From Candidatus Woesearchaeota archaeon (lineage in GTDB: Archaea; Nanobdellota; Nanobdellia; Woesearchaeales; WJIZ01): 34,771 nucleotides of DNA. Below the pieces are notes generated by a model. The model was not told where the DNA came from and made no database searches. It was given only the letters and a program-made list of their open reading frames with translations. The DNA lies in assembly GCA_018221205.1 (NCBI GenBank), contig JAAOYF010000034.1:1-34771 (forward strand), given 5' to 3'. Below are positions 1 through 8,727 of this stretch, one piece after another; the first letter of the stretch is position 1, and each line of letters opens with the position of its first letter. The translations under genes were made by a program, and so were the position numbers.

Positions 1-626
1 AACTCAGCCTCCATACCGTACAATTTCGGATGGAATGGCTCTGGGATAGGTATGAAGTTACGGAGATTCAGGTAAGCCTTGATCGTCCCCTGCAATCTAT
101 ACGCTTCTCTCCATAATTCCTTCTCTAATTTATCAAAATCAGTGCTCATGATCCTTTTCTCATAGATGCCCTGGAAATGCTTCATGAACCAATGATCAGC
201 CCATTTATCGCCAGCAGGCAGTCTCACCAGCTTTGGCCTGAAGAATATCTCTAATTCACCTTTATCTACATTCAATTTCTTCCCTTGATGCATGATCTCG
301 ATCTTCTGCATGTACATGCCATGGAAATCAATGTCAAGATGGTATTGATAATAACCCTGTACTTTTCCGCCGAAAGGATGCTTTTTCATCCGCCACCACA
401 GCCAGAGCTCCATGCCTCCTTTATGGGTGGATTTCTGATGGTGCCTTTCCATATATAATTTCTCGATATCACGGTGGGTGTTGCTCGGACTATCTCCTAG
501 CCCGTCATCCCCATACCATCCTTCATCCACAAGATATTCATGCATCATCACATAGAGGTTCTTCAGGTGGAAGACATCATTATATTTCACCTTGAAGGGC
601 GTCACCTCCCTGAGTATCTTTACCAT
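1..626 (-). CDS. Conserved hypothetical protein, partial (runs off the left edge)
   Basis: Not in the ORF track because it has no stop in the window. Hand translation from ATG at 626 gives MVKILREVTPFKVKYNDVFHLKNLYVMMHEYLVDEGW...HPKLYGMEAE, 208 open codons. A TATA-like TTTTAAATA lies about 25 nt upstream. Confidence 0.8.
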   Translation of the reverse strand, partial: MVKILREVTPFKVKYNDVFHLKNLYVMMHEYLVDEGWYGDDGLGDSPSNTHRDIEKLYMERHHQKSTHKGGMELWLWWRMKKHPFGGKVQGYYQYHLDIDFHGMYMQKIEIMHQGKKLNVDKGELEIFFRPKLVRLPAGDKWADHWFMKHFQGIYEKRIMSTDFDKLEKELWREAYRLQGTIKAYLNLRNFIPIPEPFHPKLYGMEAE

Positions 627-648
627 ATCTTTTCCTCTGGGATTTGAC

Positions 649-676
649 TATTTAAAATTTTGCAATAATTTTATAA
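649..676. promoter_or_regulatory. Back-to-back archaeal TATA boxes for the divergent genes starting at 626(-) and 699(+)
   Basis: tatttaaaa (about 649-657) and ttttataa (669-676), each about 22-25 nt from an ATG. This fits leaderless or short-leader transcripts. Confidence 0.55.
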
Positions 677-698
677 GAATGCCTAATTTCCACCCCGT

Positions 699-1892
699 AT
701 GCAAATCGGTGTTGTGGGCAAACCCAATGTAGGCAAGAGCACTTTCTTCAAAGCTGCTACCTTGGCAGAAGTAGAGATAGCGAATTATCCTTTCGCGACT
801 ATAAAGCCCAACTCAGGAGTGGGTTATGTAAAGATCAATGATGCCGCAGTCCAGTTCGGAAAGACCTCTAATCCAAGAGAAGGATTCGTCTTAGGAAAAT
901 CAAGGTTTGTGCCGGTGCAGATGGTCGATGTCGCAGGATTGGTGCCTGGCGCCCATGAAGGCAAGGGCATGGGCAACCAGTTCATGAACGATCTGAGCCA
1001 GGCAGATGTATTGATACATGTTGTCGATATATCCGGCTCGACAAATGACAAAGGAGAGCAGGTAGATCCCCCCTCACATGACCCAGCAGATGATATTAAG
1101 TTCCTAGAAGAAGAATTGGATTATTGGATATTAGCATTGGTGAAGAAAGGCTGGGACAGATTCTCAAGAGGCATGCAGCAGACCCATATCGAAGCGCATA
1201 TCGCTATAGCAAAGCACCTTTCCGGATTAGGATGCAAAGAAGAACTCTCGAAGAAGATCATAGAAAAGCTCAACCTGAAAGGGAAGCACATGATCGACTG
1301 GGATGACGACGATCTGATGGATATCGCGAAAGAAGTGAGAAAAGAGACAAAACCCATGATCATCGCCTGCAATAAGATAGATGTCAAAGGTGCAGAAGAG
1401 AATTATGAAAGGATAAAGAAGCAATTCCCTGATTATACTATGATCAAATGCTCTGCAGAATCAGAGCTTGCATTGAGAGAAGCAGCAAAACATGGGTTGA
1501 TTGAGTATATTCCAGGAGCGAGTACATTCGAGATAAAAGGGAACATGAACGAGAAGCAGAAAGCAGCATTAGGATTCATCAAAGAGAACATTCTAGGAAA
1601 ACATACCTCAACAGGTGTGCAGAATATCCTAGACACTGCAGTTTTTGAAGTGCTCGGATACATCGCTATCTTCCCGGGAGGAGTGGCAAAGCTAGAAGAT
1701 TCAGAAGGCCGCGTGCTACCAGATTGCTTTTTGATGCCACCGAACTCAACGACGCTAGATTTTGCTTTCAGATTGCATACAGACTTCGGCAAGAGATTCA
1801 TCCGCGCTATAGATGTCAAGACAAAGCGGGCAGTAGGAAAAGAGCATAGGTTGATTCATGAAGATGTTGTAGAAATAGTGGCAGATGCCTAA
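699..1892 (+). CDS. ychF: Archaeal YchF/Ygr210-type OBG-family NTPase with C-terminal TGS domain
   Basis: GKPNVGKST, YPFATI, DVAGLVPGAHEGKGMGNQF and NKID motifs; TGS-like C-terminus (DFAFRLHTDFGKRFIRA). Confidence 0.93.
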   Translation: MQIGVVGKPNVGKSTFFKAATLAEVEIANYPFATIKPNSGVGYVKINDAAVQFGKTSNPREGFVLGKSRFVPVQMVDVAGLVPGAHEGKGMGNQFMNDLSQADVLIHVVDISGSTNDKGEQVDPPSHDPADDIKFLEEELDYWILALVKKGWDRFSRGMQQTHIEAHIAIAKHLSGLGCKEELSKKIIEKLNLKGKHMIDWDDDDLMDIAKEVRKETKPMIIACNKIDVKGAEENYERIKKQFPDYTMIKCSAESELALREAAKHGLIEYIPGASTFEIKGNMNEKQKAALGFIKENILGKHTSTGVQNILDTAVFEVLGYIAIFPGGVAKLEDSEGRVLPDCFLMPPNSTTLDFAFRLHTDFGKRFIRAIDVKTKRAVGKEHRLIHEDVVEIVADA

Positions 1893-2284
1893 GAACCTTT
1901 TTTCTTCTTCTGAACACTTCTAAAACTCTCGACGATGTCGATCATATATTTTCCTTCTTCAAGTTTGAAGATGACAGGCTCGTCTTTGAATACACTAACT
2001 AGATCAAGTTCATATTTTCCAGGTTTTAACACCCTGATGCTCTCAAAGTCAAGCACAACCGGACTGTCTTTATCCAGTTCACTCCCGACCATATCAAAGA
2101 CATCTTTCTCGATCTCTTCTTTCTGTTTTTTGGAAAGATTGGTATGTTTGGCTATCTTTTTCGCTTCTTCGAGTTTATCTTTCTTGATATAGAAGAATAA
2201 TCTACCGCCGCATTTGCAGCCTTTGATGATCTCAGTAGCTCCGTCTGCATAGAATGTGCTACATCTCACGCATTGGTGTGGCAT
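1889..2284 (-). CDS. oapC: OapC/ArvC-type Zn-ribbon protein (DUF2072-like)
   Basis: MPHQCVRC...GCKCGGRLFFY N-terminus and ESIRVLKPGKYELDL motif; third gene of the GTPase operon. Confidence 0.85.
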   Translation of the reverse strand: MPHQCVRCSTFYADGATEIIKGCKCGGRLFFYIKKDKLEEAKKIAKHTNLSKKQKEEIEKDVFDMVGSELDKDSPVVLDFESIRVLKPGKYELDLVSVFKDEPVIFKLEEGKYMIDIVESFRSVQKKKKGS

Positions 2285-2296
2285 AGTAGTAATCTC

Positions 2297-2683
2297 TTAT
2301 CTTTTCTTCTTTTTCTTCTCAGGAACAGTATACAATTCAATCTTATTTGGATTTTTCTTGATCTCAGAGACAACAGTGGCCGGCCCGACAACAGTCAACC
2401 CAGTCCTGTTTCCTAGGATCATACCCATCATCCCAGCCTTCATCTTCCTGAATACATTATCTTGTTTCCTGTCAGGATTCACAACAGCCAACTCTATGCC
2501 CTTGAAGGTATCATCGATATTCTCCATCGTTATCTCGATGAGGTCTGCTTCTTCCTCTTTAGTGAGTCTTCCTTCCAGCAGGACAATCTTATTTTCCTTC
2601 ACGATGTCAAGTAATTTATGGATTCTTCTAGCAGAACTCAGATATTCTATCTCATGGTAAGGCACGAATCGTAACGTTAACAT
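2297..2683 (-). CDS. oapB: OapB/ArvB-type protein (DUF2073-like)
   Basis: IVLLEGRLTKEEEADLIEITM, FKGIEL and GLTVVGPA motifs; lies between the small GTPase and the Zn-ribbon gene. Confidence 0.85.
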   Translation of the reverse strand: MLTLRFVPYHEIEYLSSARRIHKLLDIVKENKIVLLEGRLTKEEEADLIEITMENIDDTFKGIELAVVNPDRKQDNVFRKMKAGMMGMILGNRTGLTVVGPATVVSEIKKNPNKIELYTVPEKKKKKR

Positions 2684-2708
2684 TTCTCTTCCTCTTTTTT
2701 ATGCTGTG

Positions 2709-2731
2709 TCAGAGATTCAAAGAATCTCTGA
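2709..2731. repeat. Perfect 10-bp hairpin TCAGAGATTC-AAA-GAATCTCTGA
   Basis: Read directly in the oapA-oapB spacer. Confidence 0.85.
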
Positions 2732-2756
2732 TCGCCAATAAAAAAGCTTTTGCTTT

Positions 2757-3389
2757 TTATGCTGCGTATTTGAATAACGCATTATAAAACTGATTGACGT
2801 TGTTGCCGTATTTTGCAGAGATGCCGATGACCTCATACTGTGGGAACGCACTCTGCACTTTTTTGATGTTTGACTTCTTAAGATCGACTTTATTCGCGAT
2901 AATCAGCAGCGGGATGTCTCTAGCCTGTAGATTGCCTATGATGGTGATATTGACTTGAGAATAAGGATCTATAGTAGAATCCAAGACAACGATGACCGTA
3001 TCCATCTCATCAAGCCATTTGATAGAATCAATGACACCTTTGGTGGCTTCTTTCGCTCTTATTTTGGCTTCTTTCTCCTTCATCCCACTTTTGAGAAACT
3101 CTTCATAATCAATCTTTGTCGCAATACCCGGAGTGTCCACCAGATTGAAGCTCAGTTCCTTCCCATCATCATTCTTGATGTTGATCTGCTCCTTGATCTG
3201 GATCTCTCTTGTTTCATGGGCAACATTACTGACACTGCCCATATCTTCACCAAGCCAATCCTGGCAGATTTTATTCGCCAGAGTAGTCTTGCCTCCATTC
3301 GGAGGACCATATAATCCCAATTTGAGGTGCTTTTTCTTCCGGAAGAGGTTTTTCAGAAGCTTATTGATTAATTTCTGTATAAATCCCAT
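2757..3389 (-). CDS. oapA: OapA/ArvA-type Era-like small GTPase
   Basis: G1 GPPNGGKTT, G3 DTPG, G4 NKVD, G5 SAK; family motifs HETRE, EATKGV and DPYSQVN; N-terminus looks amphipathic. Confidence 0.88.
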   Translation of the reverse strand: MGFIQKLINKLLKNLFRKKKHLKLGLYGPPNGGKTTLANKICQDWLGEDMGSVSNVAHETREIQIKEQINIKNDDGKELSFNLVDTPGIATKIDYEEFLKSGMKEKEAKIRAKEATKGVIDSIKWLDEMDTVIVVLDSTIDPYSQVNITIIGNLQARDIPLLIIANKVDLKKSNIKKVQSAFPQYEVIGISAKYGNNVNQFYNALFKYAA

Positions 3390-3468
3390 CTGTTCCTCAC
3401 TATCGAAGAGTCAACTTAAATACTTTTCTGTTAGAAAAATCTTTAAAGGCATCGAACTCAGAAAACCT

Positions 3469-4020
3469 ATGCAGGATACAGTCAAGAGGGATTTGATACT
3501 GGTTTTTAAAGCGGCTTCAGAGGCAATGGACCATCCCGAGACATGCAGCCTCTTCCTCAAGGACATAAGCAATCGTACTGTCCATAACTCTTCCATCTTC
3601 CAGGATGAATACTCTATCTCAGCCGCAATCCTGCTCTACGCCCTCTCTAAAGTATTGGAGCGTCATGAATCAAAGCAGCTCTATCCAAAGATCAAGGCCC
3701 TCTTGCAGGATATCATAACTCATCTCTCTCAGAATAACGAAAAAGCAGTAAACACAAGCATCAAGAGCATCTTCACGCTCATCTCCAAGTCAGACACCAA
3801 ATTCCCTGTATACATACAGGAAGTGATCAATCAGGCTTCTATCAGGAAGGGATCCAAAGTATACGCACACGGCGTTTCCGCGATGAGGACTGCACAGATA
3901 TTGGGCATTTCCCCTTGGGAATTCTATGGATACATCGGCGCAACATCCATCCCAGAGGTAGACACTGATATTGTTTCAGTGAGAAGAAGATTGCAGTTCA
4001 CAAGAGGATTGTTCTCATGA
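3469..4020 (+). CDS. Hypothetical helical protein with C-terminal UPF0175-like HTH
   Basis: Start moved to ATG 3469 (MQDTVKRD) because the longer ORF overlaps oapA; TTTAAA lies about 22 nt upstream. C-terminal GVSAMRTAQILGISPWEF is HTH-like. Confidence 0.7.
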   Translation: MQDTVKRDLILVFKAASEAMDHPETCSLFLKDISNRTVHNSSIFQDEYSISAAILLYALSKVLERHESKQLYPKIKALLQDIITHLSQNNEKAVNTSIKSIFTLISKSDTKFPVYIQEVINQASIRKGSKVYAHGVSAMRTAQILGISPWEFYGYIGATSIPEVDTDIVSVRRRLQFTRGLFS

Positions 4021-4721
4021 AGACCCTTCTCTTAGATTCAGGTCCGGTCATCACTCTCGCATTGAATAACCTGCTCTGGCTTTTTGAGGAAGTGAAGACG
4101 CACCATAATATAAAATTCTATATCACTGAAGCAGTCAAGAAAGAGATCATAGATAATCCATTGACGACAAAAAAATTCAAGTTAGAGGCTCTTCAGGTCC
4201 TGCAGCTGGTCAATAAAGGGACCATAGAGGTCATAACGAACAAAGAGATCGCTGAACGGACCGATTATCTGCTCCATATCTCAAATTCTATCTATACGGC
4301 AAAGAATAGGCTGTTGAAACTGGTCCACTACGCAGAGATGAGTGCAGTGGCAGCAGCCTTGATAATCGACGCAGATGCAGTCATGATAGACGAACGGACA
4401 ACAAGGTACATGATCGAACGGCCGAAAAAACTCAGCTTGGTCATGCAGCATAAGATGCATACAAAAGTGATGATGGACAAGCAGCAATTGTCAGAATTGA
4501 AGAAAGGGACGAAAAGGATTAGGTTTATAAGGTCTGCGGAATTCGTTACAGTAGCTTTTGAAAAAGGTCTGCTCGATGATTTTTTGCCTCATCTTGCGAA
4601 AAGCAACCTGTTGGATGCATTATTATGGGGGTTGAAACTCAACGGATGCGCCATCAGCAAGAAAGACCTTGAAGCCATGGAACGACTTTCATTAAAACAA
4701 CAGCATTCCACTCTTCGATGA
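4017..4721 (+). CDS. PIN-domain protein (DUF3368/COG2405-like)
   Basis: LLLDSGPVI, TEAVKKEI, HYAEMSAVA and MIDERTTR supply the four acidic PIN positions; ATGA overlap with the upstream gene. Confidence 0.72.
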   Translation: MKTLLLDSGPVITLALNNLLWLFEEVKTHHNIKFYITEAVKKEIIDNPLTTKKFKLEALQVLQLVNKGTIEVITNKEIAERTDYLLHISNSIYTAKNRLLKLVHYAEMSAVAAALIIDADAVMIDERTTRYMIERPKKLSLVMQHKMHTKVMMDKQQLSELKKGTKRIRFIRSAEFVTVAFEKGLLDDFLPHLAKSNLLDALLWGLKLNGCAISKKDLEAMERLSLKQQHSTLR

Positions 4722-4819
4722 GTGGAATTCAAGTGGAATCTGTTGTGCTCAAAAACCACAATGTGGAATGCTGAGCGTCAAAAAGCCACTTGAACAAAAA
4801 ACCGTAGGTGGTTTTTGAC
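4697..4819. repeat. Nested and interleaved inverted-repeat element upstream of herA
   Basis: Inverted pairs 4705-4713/4720-4728, 4701-4711/4763-4773, 4728-4736/4786-4794 and 4749-4759/4808-4818; GTGGAAT occurs three times. Confidence 0.8.
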
Positions 4820-4821
4820 AA

Positions 4822-6342
4822 ATGTCCGTTAAAGGTCTCATTATCTCAGGCGAGTTTGGAAAAGTACTTGCTAGGCAGAAGTCCGATCAACCGTTAGAGA
4901 TAGGTGAGTTGTTGATAGGAGGGACAGAGAAAAAGATTCTTTTGCAGGTGACAGATCTTCTTTACGGCAGCCAAATTTCTCAGCAGAATCTGGAATTGAT
5001 CTCCGGAATAAGCTTAGAGGAAAACTCTCCAGTCGAATTCTTTGACCAAAACTTAAGAAATTATAGTCTCGCAGTATTGAAAAGCCTCATCACCATCAGC
5101 AAAGGCAAGTCAAAGCTCGCAAAAGAACTGCCGAAGTTCCTCTCAGAGATAAGAGAAGTGAAAAAAGAGGACCTTTCGTTCATAACCCAGCCTAAAAATC
5201 CTTTATACATCGGAAAGATGCGCTCTGGCTCAAAGACTCTTGATGTTGATATCTCCCTGCCCGGAAAAAAGGTGTTCTCTCACCATATCCTTATCCCAGC
5301 GACAACAGGAAGAGGCAAGTCTAATCTCACCTCCTGCATCTTATGGAACTGCTTGGATAAAGAGTATTGCGGCATTCTTGTCTTGGATCCTCATGACGAA
5401 TACTATGGGAGAAATGATCTAGGACTGAAGGACCATAAGGAAAAGGACTGCTTAACATATTACACCAACAATAATCCACCGCCCGGAACAAACTCATTGA
5501 GGATAAATCTCAACATCATCCGTCCAGGCCATTTCGAAGGTGTTGTCTATTGGTCTGATCCCCAAAGACAGGCACTGCATGCATACTATAAGAAATTCAA
5601 GGACAGATGGATCGAAGCCATCATCTTAGAGAAACCTTTAGATGTTTCTTTTATGGAAGGGACAATGGCAGTCGTCAAAAGAAGGCTATTGTCATTGCTG
5701 GATCTGGATTGGACCGGAGAGAGATTATTCTCGAACGGAATCTTCACCTTGAAAGGAGGAGAATCGACTGTTGCCGACATCTGCAATGATCTGGAGAGCG
5801 CAAAGACCGTTATCATAGACACATCCTCTTTTTCAGGAGAAGTCGAAATATTGATCGGATCATTGATCTCAACAGAGGTATTGAGAAGATACAAGAATTA
5901 TAAACTGAATGGAGATCTCGTTGACAAACCCGTCTTGAATATCATATTAGAAGAAGCGCCAAGAGTGTTAGGAAAAGACGTTTTGGAGAAAGGATCGAAC
6001 ATCTTCGCTACCATAGCAAGAGAGGGAAGAAAGTTCCAAGTCGGCTTGACAGCAATTACCCAATTGCCCTCTTTGATCCCAAGGCAGATTTTAGCAAATA
6101 TGAACACAAAGATAATCCTCGGCATAGAGATGGCCCCAGAAAGGCAGGCTATCATCGACTCAGCCAGCCAGGACATCTCAGATTCAGACCGGAATATAGC
6201 CAGTCTAGACATCGGAGAGGCCATCATAACATCTAATTTCTCACGTTTCGCAACTCCGGTGAAGATTCCTCTCTTCCAGGATCTCGTAAAATCATCCCAA
6301 CAGACGGATCTCAAGACTTCTTTCACAGGAATCAAAAAATAG
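4822..6342 (+). CDS. herA: HerA-family helicase/translocase (HAS barrel plus FtsK/HerA ATPase)
   Basis: Walker [16 protein letters not shown], Walker [17 protein letters not shown] and ITQLP; adjacent to mre11. Confidence 0.88.
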   Translation: MSVKGLIISGEFGKVLARQKSDQPLEIGELLIGGTEKKILLQVTDLLYGSQISQQNLELISGISLEENSPVEFFDQNLRNYSLAVLKSLITISKGKSKLAKELPKFLSEIREVKKEDLSFITQPKNPLYIGKMRSGSKTLDVDISLPGKKVFSHHILIPATTGRGKSNLTSCILWNCLDKEYCGILVLDPHDEYYGRNDLGLKDHKEKDCLTYYTNNNPPPGTNSLRINLNIIRPGHFEGVVYWSDPQRQALHAYYKKFKDRWIEAIILEKPLDVSFMEGTMAVVKRRLLSLLDLDWTGERLFSNGIFTLKGGESTVADICNDLESAKTVIIDTSSFSGEVEILIGSLISTEVLRRYKNYKLNGDLVDKPVLNIILEEAPRVLGKDVLEKGSNIFATIAREGRKFQVGLTAITQLPSLIPRQILANMNTKIILGIEMAPERQAIIDSASQDISDSDRNIASLDIGEAIITSNFSRFATPVKIPLFQDLVKSSQQTDLKTSFTGIKK

Positions 6343-6415
6343 TCTCTTAAATATTTTCTATATTGAAAATAATAACACTGAAAACCTTTTATAGCATACA
6401 GTATTCCTGCTTTCT

Positions 6416-7594
6416 ATGAAATATGCCCATATCGCAGACTGCCATATCGGCGGCTGGCGCGATCCGCAATTATCCGATTTAAGCATCAAAGCATTTGAGT
6501 TGGCCATAGATAAGGTCATAGAAGAGAAAGTCGATTTTGTATTGCTCGCAGGAGACCTTTTCAACACTTCTTTACCAGCAGTCGACAAATTAAAAGAAGC
6601 GACAAGAAAATTAAAGCAGCTCAAAGACAATGATATTCCTGTCTACATGATTGCAGGCAGCCATGACTATTCTCCTTCAGGAAAGACCATGCTTGATGTC
6701 TTAGAAAATGCTGGCCTAGCAGTGAATGTCTGCAAAGGAGAGGAAAAAGACGGCAAACTCCATCTTAAGTTCACCATCGACAAGAAGACAGGTGCAAAGA
6801 TAACAGGCATTCTAGGAAGGATGGGCTCTTTGGATAAGAATTATTTTGAAAACTTGGCAAGAGAGCCGCTAGAAAAGGAGACAGGCTATAAGATATTCTT
6901 ATTTCACGCGTTATTGACAGAATTAAAGCCAAAAAATCTTGATAAAGTCGATTCCCATCCTCTGTCCTTGCTACCAAAGAATTTCAACTATTATGCAGGA
7001 GGCCATCCTCATTTCGTGCATAACGAGGACATGAAAGGATATGGCCGTGTGTGCTATACTGGCCCATTATTCCCGAATAGTTTTTCAGAGTTGGAAGAAC
7101 TGGGAAATGGAGGATTTTTCATAGTTGAAAACGATGAAGTGAAAAGAATCTCCATTAAGCTGTATGATGTCGAAAGGATCAGCATTGGCTGTAATCATGA
7201 TACTGCAGAGCAGGCAGAGGAAAAACTAAGAAAAGCCCTTGATAAAGATCTCAAAAGCAAGATAGTGACAATGAGGATGTCCGGAACATTAGAATCAGGA
7301 AAACCCTCTGATATCGACTTCAGGCAGCTCTTTACAGAAGCAAAAGCAAAAGGAGCATTCGCAATTCTAAGAAATACCTCTGCCTTGACATCAAAAGAAT
7401 TCGAAGAGATCAAAGTAGAACTCTCAAACCCAGAAGAAGTCGAAGAAAAGCTTATTGAGGAATATATCGATAAAGACTCTGTTTCTTTGACAAAAGAGCT
7501 GCTCAAGACACTAGACACCCAAAAGCAGGAAGGCGAGACAGTCTATGTCTTCGAAAAACGTTTAAAAGATGAAATTGATAGGATTCTAAGATAA
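6416..7594 (+). CDS. mre11: Mre11/SbcD DNA repair nuclease
   Basis: Phosphoesterase motifs DCHIG, GDLF, GSHD, FH and GHPH, followed by a capping domain. Confidence 0.88.
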   Translation: MKYAHIADCHIGGWRDPQLSDLSIKAFELAIDKVIEEKVDFVLLAGDLFNTSLPAVDKLKEATRKLKQLKDNDIPVYMIAGSHDYSPSGKTMLDVLENAGLAVNVCKGEEKDGKLHLKFTIDKKTGAKITGILGRMGSLDKNYFENLAREPLEKETGYKIFLFHALLTELKPKNLDKVDSHPLSLLPKNFNYYAGGHPHFVHNEDMKGYGRVCYTGPLFPNSFSELEELGNGGFFIVENDEVKRISIKLYDVERISIGCNHDTAEQAEEKLRKALDKDLKSKIVTMRMSGTLESGKPSDIDFRQLFTEAKAKGAFAILRNTSALTSKEFEEIKVELSNPEEVEEKLIEEYIDKDSVSLTKELLKTLDTQKQEGETVYVFEKRLKDEIDRILR

Positions 7595-7637
7595 ATTTAT
7601 AAATAGGACAATATTCACTACTAAATGATGATGAAAA

Positions 7638-8138
7638 ATGGCTGAACCAGTATATGTAGAAAGAAAAAACCAGGAATCAGGTAGCCTAGCTCCTTCTCTT
7701 GTAGAAAAGATGGAGGATAGCCGCTCAAGGAGATATCACGGAGAGAAGATTATAACACTCTACACTCTTGCGACAGATCTTAAACAAGGAAGAGAGCTTC
7801 GCCATAGACTAGAAAAGGACTTAAGACTAATGGGTTATGATGATGGCGACATCGATTCAATCTTGCTTTGTACGAATGAACATTACAATAACGCAACACA
7901 GCATAGTAGGGAGACGATGCCAGATGGAATTGTAAAGGTTTTTTATAGGATAACAAGAGATAGGTTCAAATTTGTTACAGAACAGGAAAATCCATGGGAG
8001 AAAGTTCCCGATTTTGATACCATTCAGGAACCAGATCTTGAGAGTCCAAGGGGGCGAGGACTTTTCCTTATGAAAAAGTACATGACCGAAATGAAACTAG
8101 AAAAAAAGAGAGTATTGGTCATTGAGTATCGCAAATAA
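7638..8138 (+). CDS. Degenerate HATPase_c (RsbW/SpoIIAB anti-sigma-factor-like) protein
   Basis: N-box-like TNEHYNNATQH and G2-like ESPRGRGLFLMKKYM; the DxGxG box is not recognisable. Confidence 0.6.
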   Translation: MAEPVYVERKNQESGSLAPSLVEKMEDSRSRRYHGEKIITLYTLATDLKQGRELRHRLEKDLRLMGYDDGDIDSILLCTNEHYNNATQHSRETMPDGIVKVFYRITRDRFKFVTEQENPWEKVPDFDTIQEPDLESPRGRGLFLMKKYMTEMKLEKKRVLVIEYRK

Positions 8139-8726
8139 CTAACTCTTCAAACTAATCTTCTCAATAATCACATTCTCGATAGGGACATCCTGAAAACCAT
8201 TCGAATTACCAGTAGGAACTCTCTTGATCTTATCAGCGACATCCATGCCTTTGATGACTTTCCCAAAGACCGCATACCCGAATCCTTGAGCACTCTCATC
8301 CCGGTGGTTCAGGAAAGTATTGAACTCCACATTGATGAAGAACTGGGAAGTTGCTGAATCAACGACATTAGTACGGGCCATAGCCAGAGTATACTTATCA
8401 TTCGTCAGTCCATTTCCCGCCTCGTTCTTGATAGGATCTTTAGTGGCTTTCTGCTTCATCTCCTGATCAAATCCCCCTCCTTGTACCATAAATCCTTCAA
8501 TGATACGATGGAAGATCAATCCGTCATAATATCCTTCATTCACATACGCCAAGAAATTCTCGACTGAGAGAGGAGCCTTATCCTGATACAATTCAATCTC
8601 CATCGTACCCATAGATGTCTCCATAACAACAATAGGATTCTCACTTTCAACTTCTTTCATAGTTTCACCACCTGTTTGACAACCGAACATAAATATCACC
8701 AGACATAATGCAAATACTCTTTTCAT
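8139..8726 (-). CDS. Cyclophilin-type peptidyl-prolyl isomerase, predicted lipoprotein
   Basis: FHRIIEGFMVQGGG, LAMART, SATSQFFIN and GYAVFGKV; N-terminal MKRVFALCLVIFMFG-C is lipobox-like. Confidence 0.92.
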   Translation of the reverse strand: MKRVFALCLVIFMFGCQTGGETMKEVESENPIVVMETSMGTMEIELYQDKAPLSVENFLAYVNEGYYDGLIFHRIIEGFMVQGGGFDQEMKQKATKDPIKNEAGNGLTNDKYTLAMARTNVVDSATSQFFINVEFNTFLNHRDESAQGFGYAVFGKVIKGMDVADKIKRVPTGNSNGFQDVPIENVIIEKISLKS

Positions 8727-8727
8727 C

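Noticed and set aside
1889..3468. Replication origin next to oapABC, as in haloarchaea
   Set aside because: No cdc6/orc1 gene, no recognisable ORB repeats with G-strings, and the spacers are short.
3133..3468. N-terminal extensions of track ORFs (3133, 9345, 12334, 16837, 19701, 25952, 26070)
   Set aside because: They overlap opposite-strand genes, promoters or hairpins; downstream ATGs fit the family N-termini and TATA/SD spacing better.
4697..4819. Mini CRISPR array (repeated GTGGAAT)
   Set aside because: The repeats are only 7 nt with irregular short spacing, and there are no cas genes.
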